Part shown: piece after piece, positions 25,699-37,652 of the stretch | How the letters are laid out: the number at the start of each line of letters is the position of its first letter | How positions within the stretch are numbered: the stretch's first letter is position 1 | Assembly: GCF_001194135.2 (NCBI RefSeq) | Contig: NC_069003.1 | Coordinates: 7,566,201-7,611,959 of the forward strand | Source of the DNA: Octopus bimaculoides | Taxonomy: Eukaryota | Direction of reading: 5' to 3' | Length of the DNA: 45,759 bases | The notes under the pieces: model-generated | Seen by the model: only the letters and a program-made list of their open reading frames with translations | What the model was told of the DNA's origin: nothing | Database searches by the model: none | Made by a program: the position numbers and the translations under genes

Positions 25699-28600
25699 CA
25701 TATATACGACGGGCTTCTTTCAGTTTCCGTCTACCAAATCCACTCACAAGGCTTTGGTCGGCCTGAGGCTATAGTAGAAGACACTTGCCCAAGATGCCAC
25801 GCAGTGGGACTGAACCCGGAACCATGTGGTTGGCAAGCAAGCTACTTACCACACAGCCACTCCTGCGCCTACATTTTCAAATTTTTCTTTAATTTAACAG
25901 TAAATTATACAGCATAGTTAGTTAGTTAACTAACTAATTATACTGTATAATTAACTATTAAATTAATGAAAAATTTGAAAATGTACCAGTCTCCACATTC
26001 TTTGTAATTGTTTTGTAGTAACATATGTGTAGTAACAAGACTTGCTAGAAATAGCAGCCAAATCTTCCTTATATATATTATCTACTACCTTCTGTATGTA
26101 TGAGTTAAAAATGGGGGCCACTATATGATAGAAGAAATTAAAATTAAAGCATAAATGAGAAAAATATGCCAAAAAAAATTTGGTTTCCATGAATTCTATA
26201 TTTGTGCGTCGTTAGTAATGGAAGTAAAATTCGTAAAAGAAATGGAAATGAAAAGAAAACAGAAAATCACATTGTCTCTTTTCTCTCCCACAAAAACACA
26301 CATAATGTGACACACAGACACACACACACACACACACACGTGCATGTGATACAAACACATGTACATACATAGGTACAAACATTCTCATTCTACATACCAC
26401 TTCAAATAATCATGGCTGCAATTTTATTGCTCACAGCTTCATTTAGACTCCAAGCCATTTGCTTTCATTCACAAATAAAACTTCTACTTAACCATCGGAT
26501 TTCCACAGTTTATGGCTGCTTCAGTGTAATAAGTGGAGATGTATGGCTTGGTGGTCGGTGGGGTGGGGGGTCATCTTTTTATCTAATATCTTTCACTTGT
26601 TTAAGTCATTAGACTGTGGCCATGCTGGGGCACTGCCCCGAAGGATTTTTAGTCGAATGAATTGGCATCAGAACTTAATCTTTTGTTAAGCCTGCTATTT
26701 ATTCTGTTGGTCCCTTTTGTCAAACTGCTAAGTTACTGGGATGTAAACACACCAACACCGGTTGTCAAACGATGGTGGGGGACAAACACAGATACAATGA
26801 CACACACACATAAATGACAGGCATGGAAGGCAGACACTAAGCAATGATGATGATGATGATGATGATGCATTTGAATATGTTTTGTGTTCAGGCCTCCACT
26901 CAATGAAGATTTGTAAGCAAAAGTGTAAATACATGGTATAACTTTACTTATTAGCAAAAGTTATAAATATGATCCTTACCTACAAAACAGCTCTCCATGG
27001 CACAAGTTTCAACATCNNNNNNNNNNNNNNNNNNNNNNNNNNNNNNNNNNNNNNNNNNNNNNNNNNNNNNNNNNNNNNNNNNNNNNNNNNNNNNNNNNNN
27101 NNNNNNNNNNNNNNNNNNNNNNNNNNNNNNNNNNNNNNNNNNNNNNNNNNNNNNNNNNNNNNNNNNNNNNNNNNNNNNNNNNNNNNNNNNNNNNNNNNNN
27201 NNNNNNNNNNNNNNNNNNNNNNNNNNNNNNNNNNNNNNNNNNNNNNNNNNNNNNNNNNNNNNNNNNNNNNNNNNNNNNNNNNNNNNNNNNNNNNNNNNNN
27301 NNNNNNNNNNNNNNNNNNNNNNNNNNNNNNNNNNNNNNNNNNNNNNNNNNNNNNNNNNNNNNNNNNNNNNNNNNNNNNNNNNNNNNNNNNNNNNNNNNNN
27401 NNNNNNNNNNNNNNNNNNNNNNNNNNNNNNNNNNNNNNNNNNNNNNNNNNNNNNNNNNNNNNNNNNNNNNNNNNNNNNNNNNNNNNNNNNNNNNNNNNNN
27501 NNNNNNNNNNNNNNNNNNNNNNNNNNNNNNNNNNNNNNNNNNNNNNNNNNNNNNNNNNNNNNNNNNNNNNNNNNNNNNNNNNNNNNNNNNNNNNNNNNNN
27601 NNNNNNNNNNNNNNNNNNNNNNNNNNNNNNNNNNNNNNNNNNNNNNNNNNNNNNNNNNNNNNNNNNNNNNNNNNNNNNNNNNNNNNNNNNNNNNNNNNNN
27701 NNNNNNNNNNNNNNNNNNNNNNNNNNNNNNNNNNNNNNNNNNNNNNNNNNNNNNNNNNNNNNNNNNNNNNNNNNNNNNNNNNNNNNNNNNNNNNAGCTAT
27801 GAGATAATGCATGATTAATTCAAAACAATGTGAATAAACAAACTTCACATTTGACAGAGCAACACGAATGCTACATGGTTAAACCAGACATATCTGACCT
27901 CTCAAACCTACCCTACAATGTTACTCTAAAAACGAACAATCCCATCATTGAAATGTCGAAGCTATGAGATAATGCATGATTAATTCAAAACAATGTGAAT
28001 AAACAAGCATCACATTTGACAAAATAACCTGAATTCTAAAGAGTTAAGCCCTTAATGTCACAATTGCCAAGATAATATCACCTCCTTTCAACTTGATGGT
28101 ACAGCCTGATACTTCATCATCATCATCATCATCTTCTCTCTTTTCTAACTGGAGTGGCCATGTTTCTTTCCTTACAGTCCAACCCATGCCAGGATGTCCA
28201 ACCCACAGTCAATGGACATTAAATAATGATGAGGATGATGAGGATTTATATTGATGTCTTGTGAGTAAATTTGGCAGATGGAAACTGTGCGGAAGCCTGT
28301 TGATTATATATGTATGCTTATATGTATGTATATGTGTATGCATTTATGCGTGTGTGTTTCTCCATTATGTGGCAACAGACATTGGTTTGTTTACATCCCT
28401 GTAACCTAGCAGTTCGACAAAAATGATTGATAAAAGAAGTCAATTTGTTTGATTAAAACCTTCTTAAGCAGTGCCCCAGCATGGCTGCAGTCCAATGATT
28501 GAAACAAGTAAAAGACAAAAGATACATATATACACACACATACAAACATATATGTGTATATAAATGACGAAAGAACAGAAAATTATGCAATGAGCTTCAT

Positions 28601-28958
28601 TAGCTTACAGCTGTCTCTGCTATAAGATGCAATGCACCCAGAGCTGAGTGCTTGTGCATCACCTTATAGCTTCCTTAGAGCTTTTAAAATGAAGTAGTGC
28701 ACTTAATTTTTAGAAACTCTGGCTGAACGACATCTTATAGCAAAAACAGGTGTGAACTAATGAAGTTCATTGTATAATTTCCTGTTCTTTTCTGATTTAT
28801 TTAATTTCATAATTGTGCTCTGTACTCAACTAATGCTTCATTCTGAGCATATGTATACTGGGTTTTAAGACTGTGATATTAGTATCACTATGCCTAAGCG
28901 AAACATTAATACACACACACACACACACACACACACAGAGACACAGATAGGCAGACAA

Positions 28959-29025
<67 letters not shown>

Positions 29026-30057
29026 CACAGCCAGAGAGAGAGAGAGTGAGACAGAGAGAGACACACACACACACACATATGCAGATACATGCATGCACAC
29101 ACACACACACACACATACACACACACACACACACATACACACACACACACAGATAGGTTGATAGACAGATAAACAAATAGTTTGACATAGAAAAATATTC
29201 CAGCAACTTAGCAGTTTGGCAAAAGAGAAGTAGTGGCTCGACCTGGAGAGACTCCCTGATCTCCGAACCATGAACCCTATTAGGTAATATTAATACTGAG
29301 ACTCTTGGGCAGAATCTCATTTCGGTGCCTTGTATTCATGATTGTATACTTTCGGTCCTTAATTTCAATTCTGAATTTCTAACCTTGTTTTGTATTATGT
29401 GGAAACAAAACAGCTGTAACCATTAGAGGGAACAGGTGTTTTTCAAAATAAAAACCTTTTTCAAGAAAATCATTTCAAATACATGCTTACCATGGACACA
29501 GAGAGACAGGACACAGGGTCCGACCTCTTTGACAACACCAATACACGAAGAGCTATTCAGCAAACAGACGCGATTTCTGCTGCGATGACCATTACCACAT
29601 GTCACTGAGCAAACTGACCATTCATTCCACGGAGTCCACTCTAAAAGAAGAAAATTGTGAACAGATGACCATTATTAAATTGTATTAATTCGATGTTGGT
29701 TTACAGCAACATAAAATCATAGATATGCATAAATTTATGTATGCAATTGTCTACAAATGTGTATGTAGACACACCCTCTCATTTTCCTTATTTGTGTATG
29801 CATATATATATATATATATACCAACATCTGCCACGACTACGATTTCACTTGGCTCGATGGGTCCTCTTCTGAAGCACATCATATTGCCAAAGGCTTCAGT
29901 CATTTGTCATTGCCTCTGTGAGGCCCAATGCTTGAAAGGTGCTTTTTATGTGCCACAAGCACAGGAGCTAGTTACAGGACATCAGTATCGGTCACATTGC
30001 CTCCGTGAGGATCAATATACATACATATATACATATATATATATGTATATATATATG

Positions 30058-30119
<62 letters not shown>

Positions 30120-33100
30120 CATGACAAGTTTCTATCAGTTTCCACCTACCAAATCCATTCACAAGGCTTTGGTTGGCCCAGTGCTATAGTAGAAGACACT
30201 TGCCCTAGGTGCCACAAAGGAGGATTGAACCAAAGACCATGTGGCTGGGAAACAAACTTCTCTCCACCACACAGCACAGCCATGTCTTCCCCCCTTAGCA
30301 GCAGTATATATCTGATGTATGATAGTAGTATTAATGCTGCATAACTGTACAGAACTATACAGAATCTTCCTCGGTAGCCCCACATCCACCGGCCATCCAT
30401 ACCTGACTTCGTTATTACTTCCCCACTCTTTAATTATTTGTATTATCCAAGTGTGACCTTACCTGAATCACAGTGTCGTTCCATGCATTGCACAGTTTCT
30501 GTAGAAAAACCAATGCAGTGTGAATTTAAACAAACACGCTCCCTTCGCTGGATACCATAACCGCATGAGACTGAACATGCTGACCAGTCATGCCATGCCT
30601 TCCATTTTCCAAATGAAAACACTGTTGTTGCTTTTGTAGTTGTTTTTGGTGGTGGTCTTGTGGGTAAACTTTTTATTTTTATTTTTATTGTTGGGTTTGC
30701 TGTTGTTGTTGTTGTGGTCGGTTTTGCTGCTGTTGTTGTTATCGGATTTGTTGCTTTTGTTTGTTTTGTTGTTATCGTGATCACTTTTGCTGTTATTCTT
30801 TTCACTAAGAAAAAAAAGAAAATCAAATAAAAGAAAATGTGGAGTTAAGTCACTGAAACAGTAATACTTGCAAAATTTCAACTACAAATAGACACAAACA
30901 CACAAACACACAAACACCATAGCACATGACATTGGATCTTCCGTGCTTGACAACAAGAATTCAGTTGTTTGACCAAGTGAATTAATTGTTCCTGAATTAA
31001 TGAATAAACAACTGTTTATTTGTTAATTCAAAGTATCGTGAAGTACTTGCTCAAAGTACCGTGAAGTGGGGCTGAACCTGGAACCATGTGGTCAGGAAGC
31101 AAGATTCTTACCACGCATGATATGTACATATGTATGTATGTATATATCATCATAATCATCATCATCAAACGTCTGTTGTCCATGCTGGCATGGGTTGGAC
31201 GGTTTGACTGGGCTGTCATGCTGGAAGGCTGCACTAGACTCCAGTCTGATTTGGCTTGGTTTTCTACAACTGGATGCCCTTCCAGATGCCAACCACTCTG
31301 AGAGTGTAATGGATGTTTTTATGTGCCACTGGCACAGATACCATTTGCATGACATCAGGGTGCTTTTATGTGCCACCTGTATGGGTGCAAATTTGCTTGA
31401 CACCAGTATTTTTCCCAATCGTGATTTTGCTCAGCTTGATGGGTCTTCTTCTCAAGCATAACATAATGCCAAAGGTCTTGGTCATTGCCTCCGTGAGGCC
31501 CAACACTCAAAAGGAATTCAGCCACTTTGCTTCTGTGAGGTGCAACACTCAAAAGGAACTCAGACACTTTGCTTCCACTTTCTTCGTCCATACACATCAC
31601 ATGACCATACCAGCGCAGTCGTCTCCCTTGCATAGCCCATCTGAGGCCTCTTATGCCTAACTTTTCTCTCAAGATGCTTACACTCTGTTGAACATGCACT
31701 CTGACATTGCACCTCCAGCAAAGCATACGGGCTTCATTTCTTCCAAGCCTATGCATGTTCTCGGCTGTCACAGCCCATGTTTCACAGCCATGCACTTAGT
31801 TGCTTTCAACTAAGTAGGGGGAGTATTTGACGGGGTGGTGAGGTGATTTTTATGCCAGAGTCAAGCAGAGGCAGAGGTGTCTTGCTATAGAGAAGATACA
31901 CGGCTACCCTGCGTTTATATAAGGGCTGTAAAAAAAAAAGAATTTAAGGGGGGTAACAATTAACTGCCAGAGCAGTATAAGCATTTTTCCTTTACCTGAA
32001 TCACATGTCAGTAACATGCATGAAGCCATTTCAAGCAGGTCCCCCTCGCAGTGAAAACCATAAGGCAAACATACACGCGTGCGCTTTCTGATCCCGAGCC
32101 CGCAGGAGCTGGAACACTGTGACCATCCTTGCCATATGGTCCAGTGTCCTGTTGGAACAATTATTTTGACAGAAGCCACATTCTTCGTTGTTCTCGCTGC
32201 CGTAGTTGTTGTTGGTAATTCGGTTGTAGTTACTATAAAAAGAAAAAAACATTGAACAGACAATTGGAATTATGTAAGATGAATAAAATGGCAATTATTT
32301 AACTCAGTGTTTCTTTCTCAACCATTTTTTAGCTATGGGTCCTCTTAGTTCCTATTTTACTTGGATTGACCCCCACCACCACCATATATAGCCATTCGAT
32401 GTTTTAAAAAAAATCCTGTTATATTTTCATAATTAAATATCACTGTGAAGGCATGTGGCTCAGTGGTTACAGTACTCAGCTCATGATTGCAAGGTTGTGA
32501 GTTCGATTCCCAGTGATGCATTGTGTCCTTGAGCAAGACACTTTATTTCATGATGCTTCAGCCCACTCAGCTGGCAAAAATGAATAGTACCTGTATTTCA
32601 AAGGGACTGGCCTCATCATACTGAAACTCCCAGAGAACTAACTATGTTAAGGGTGCATGTGTCTGTGGAGAGCTCAGCCACATGCATATTAATTTCATGA
32701 GGGGGCTGTTCCGTTGATTGGACCAACTGAAGCCCTCATCATCGTAACCAGTGGAGTGCCAAGTATCACTAGGAATTGTATTAAAAAATTGAAATATCTT
32801 GTGTAATGTAGAAGTACAACCAAAATATTGCACAAAATCTTTGGTTTCAAATTTTGGCACAGGGCCAGCAACTTCAGGGGAAGGAGTAAGTCAATTACAT
32901 CAACCTCAGTGTTCAACTGACACTTATTTTATTGACCCCAGAAAGATGAAAGGCAAAGTTGACCTTGGTGGAATTTGAACTCAGAACTTAGAGGCAGACG
33001 AAATGCTGCTAAACGTTTTGCTTGGTGTGCTGACAGTACTGCCCTCTGTCTGCCTTCTATTGCACCAAAATTTTAACAACAAATTATTATATGGATCTCT

Positions 33101-33596
33101 AAGGGTCTTGTGGACCTCAGCTGAGAACCACTGAGTTAACCCTTGTTATTTTTTATCATTTACTTGGTTCAGTCACTGGGCCCTATCTTGAGAGTTTTAC
33201 TTGAACAAATTGGGCCCCAGTACAATTCTTACAGAATGCCTGCGTATGTCAATTTAAATAACACTGCACTTCATATTCAAAGCACTGATGAAGCTATAAA
33301 ATGTTATTCAGGCACTCAACTATGAGTCCACTGTGTCTTATAGCAGAAACAGCTGTAAGTCAATAAAGTTCATAAGATATTTGTTTATTCTCCTGTCATC
33401 TCATTTTCTTATTTTGATATCAAAAAATTAAATAATCTCAAAACCTAATAAAAATTAATGAGGAAAATTTCTGCAGCTTAATACTTTGTATTATATACAC
33501 AGCCAATTTAACTTTTGATTTTAGTGAAAAAAAAAAGATGTATTTACATACAACAGAAATCTATGTGTACATACACACATACATACATATATATAC

Positions 33597-33645
<49 letters not shown>

Positions 33646-36600
33646 GACAGTACTACTTTCATTTGAAATATGTGTGTGTGTATATATATATATGTATATT
33701 ATGTAAATATGCATGTGTGTGTGCATATATATACATATATGTATATGTATATATATATATGTGTATATATAAATACATACATATATATGTATGTATATAT
33801 ATAAATGTGTATATAATGTATGTGTGTATATGTGTGTATGTGTGTGTGTGCTGCACAAATGTATGTCAGTGTGATTTGTCAATGATGTTAGAATATTAAG
33901 TTTCACATCAGCTTTAGTTGAGTGTCACGCAAGCCCAGGGCAATTATCTGGCCATTAACCTTTATTGATATGAAACCTGGAAATAACGTACCTGCAAAAG
34001 ATGAAATTACAGCACAATGTCTATAATGTCTGCATACACACACACACACGTACAAACACTACTCATACATTTGTGAACACACATACGCCCACGTATTAAT
34101 CAATCTAGTTGATTGTGTAAAATTATATTGTGGTATATTTTCTTGTTTATATACAATGTAGTTTTGCTGAAACATTGTGTGGTATGACTTTAAAGAATGT
34201 AGTTGTGTAAGGCGGGAACAATGCGAGAAGGTCAAAAATAAACTACAAAAGGAAAAGGAAACATAACAAAGTGGCAGTTTTACTTTGTATTTCTATATTT
34301 CGGGGTGAAAACCCCTTCTTCAGGACATTTGGGAAAAAATTCATTGCTCAGAAAAAGTCGTTGTTCAGATGTGAGACAATGACTTTCTCCAACTACCACT
34401 TTAATCAAATGTCCTGAAGAAGGGGTTTTCACCCCGAAATATAGAAATACAAGGTAAAACTGTTGTTTTGTTTTGTTTTCCTTTTGTAATTTACTTTGTA
34501 CCTTCTTGCATTGTTCCAGCTTACACAACAAGCTTCTTTAAAGTTATTTAAATATGTAACAGCAAAAATAATATGTTGCAGTACTTGACTGTTAAAAAAA
34601 AAAAAAAAAATAATAATACCATGTGGCCTTTGTTATTTAATGACTTGGCCACTCCTGATCCATAAGGTCCCAATATCCACACAGTCGAAGAATGGATTGG
34701 AAGTGGTTGAGACTACCTTGAAGTCTGATCTTCATCGCCCTTTATGGGCAGAATAACAAGTTCAAGCCCCTGCTTCAGCAGTTTGAGGGAAGGATTTATG
34801 GTGACTCATAAAGGAGGTTCTGCAATTTTCAGTAAAACTTTTGTCATCATTCTCAACATCATCATTATTATTTAATATCTGGAAAATGGTGAACTGGACA
34901 AAATACTCAGTAGCATTTCATCCATCTCTATGGTCTGAGTTCAAACTCCACTGAGCTTGACTTTGCTTTTCATCCTTTCGGTGGGGTTGAGGAAATAAGT
35001 ACCAGTTGAGCACTGGGGTTGATGTAATTGACTTTACTCCTCCCACAAAATTTCAGGCCCCAAAATTTGCCTGAAACTACCAAATGTTGAACAATAATAA
35101 TAATAATCCTTTCTACTGGAAGCACAATGCCTCAAATTTTGAGGGCAAGGGATTAATTCAATTACATCAACCCCAGTGTGTGACTGGTACCTATTTAATC
35201 AACCGTGAAAGGATGAAAGGCAAAGTTGACCCTGGTGGCATTTGAACTCAGAATGTGTAGACAGACGAAATACCCCTAAGCATTTTGCGTGGTATGCTAA
35301 TGATTCTGCCAGCTCACCACCTTGCATAATAATAATAATAATAATAATGATGATGATGATGATGATGATGAGATTGTTAAGTTCCAGCTATCCCTCAAAA
35401 TACAATAGAATGGTTAATGCTTTCGACCATTGTTTCCGTTGGATCAGAATCAACTTAGGGGTCAACAACAATGGCAGCAATCAGGGAAAGTTTGGCTTTA
35501 GATGTCGAGGTGAAGTTCCCTAGACACTGACCTCGCATATATTGAACACTTGTGGATAAAGATAAAATGGCTTAATGACCCTTCAAAACTTACCAACACT
35601 ACAGCTCATTGCTCTGCAGACGATCTGTTGTGTCATGCTGCCTTCACAACGAGAACCTATCGGTAAACACAGCCGTTGTCTGTGCCTCTGGCCCATGCCA
35701 CATGTGACGGAACATGTGGACCATGTGTTCCATGCTGTCAAATGCCCTGAAGGCAGAGCTGCTGTTCCTGAAAATAAATAAATAAGTAAGTAGTCACAGG
35801 AATGGTTGTGTAGTAAGAAGTCCACTTCCAGACCATATGTTTTGGGGTTCAGTCCCACTGTATCTTTCATGGGTTCTTTTATATTTGATTTGTTTCAGTC
35901 TTGGAGAACTTTTGTCGAATGAAATGATCCCAGGACTTTGTTTTTCAATAGCCTGGTAGTTAGTCTATCAGTCTCTTATGACATACTAGTAAGTTATGGG
36001 GACGTAAACATACCAACACCAGTTGTCAAGTGGTGGGGGGTGACAAACACAGACACAAAGATTCACACACACACATACACACATGCACACAAGCACACAC
36101 ACATGCACACACACATACACACACACATGCACACAAGTACACACACAAGTATCTAGTTTATGTTTTCTGAATCAACTCACAAAACATTGGTAGAGAATGT
36201 AACATACAGTTCTATATATTTAAGAGATGAGGAATTATGTACATTATTTACATTAGACAGATATTTGTCCTCATCTTGTTTGTTGTTAACACAATGTTTT
36301 GGCTGATATACCCTCCAGCATTCAACAGGTGTCTTGAGGGAATTTTGAACCTGGGTTCTCATTCCTTAACCACTACGCCATATGCCCATGGGCATATGGC
36401 GTAGTGGTTAAGAGCGCTGGCTACTAGCCCCAAGATTCCGAGTTCGATTCCAGGCAATGACCTGAATAATAATAATAATAATGATAATAAAAATAACAAT
36501 AATAATAATAATAATAACAACAATAATGAAAAATACCTTAGAAATGAGAACCCAGGTTCCAAATTTCCCCCAAGACACCTGATGAAGGCTGGAGGGTATA

Positions 36601-37490
36601 TCAGCCGAAACGTGTTAACAACAAACAAGATGAGGACAAATATCTGTCAATTGTAAATAATGTAAATAAAGAATGTAACATATATTGACAATTCTAGTAC
36701 TGCAAATCTTGAAATGACCATCCACAGAGAATTACTTTACCTAAGTTACAGTGTCTCTTCAAGCAGGATGCCTTCTCTGAATGGTTGCCGGGGCAATAGA
36801 AGCCTGGTGGTAGACACATACGATGCCTCTTCCTGTGACCAATTCCACAGGATGTTGAACATGGAGACCACTTGTACCAGACAGTCCATTCACCGACGTG
36901 GGTCACTGATGGTGCTGAAAGAAGAAATTGAAATGAAGAGAGGAAGGAAAAAGCACATCTGGTTGGCTGAACAGGTATGAAGTTAATGTAGGGGACAACT
37001 GAAAAGAAGAGGATTGATTGGAACAGGGGATAGTGAAGAGGACTGCATATTATGAGTAATGGTTAGGGTGATGGTGGTGGTAGTTGTAGTTATAATGGAA
37101 GTAGTAGTAGTAGTAGTAGTAGTAGCAGCAGCAGTGGTTGTAATGGTGGCAGTGGTGGTTGTGATGGAAGCAGTAGTAACAGTAGTAATGGTGGTGATAG
37201 TTGTGGTAGTAGTAGTAGTAGTGGTGATGGTAGTGATGATGATGATAGTTGTGGTGGTGGTGGTGGTAGGGGTGGTAGTAGTAGTGATTGTAATGGTGGT
37301 GATAGTTGTGGTAGTAGTAGTAGTGGTGATGGTAGTGATGATGATGATAGTTGTGGTGGTGGTGGTGGTGGTGGTAGGGGTGGTAGTAGTAGTGATTGTA
37401 ATGGTGGTGGTAGTTGTGGTAGTAGTAGTAGTGGTGATGGTAGTGATGATAATGGTAGTTGTGGTGGTGGAGGTTGAGGTGGTGGTGGTG

Positions 37491-37525
<35 letters not shown>

Positions 37526-37613
37526 TGTAGTAGTAGTAGTAGTAAACAAAACAAAACAGTGAGGGGAGAGGAATAACAGAGTACCACAGTACATATTATC
37601 ATAAGCCTTCTGC

Positions 37614-37652
<39 letters not shown>

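Noticed and set aside
2838-33906. Numerous [12 protein letters not shown] and X-containing ORFs
   Set aside because: Translations of (TA)n, (CA)n and (TATC)n microsatellites and N gaps.
36389-36460. tRNA gene candidates at SINE heads (also 24750-24823, 43829-43890)
   Set aside because: They have A/B boxes but no complete cloverleaf or acceptor stem, and they continue into SINE bodies.
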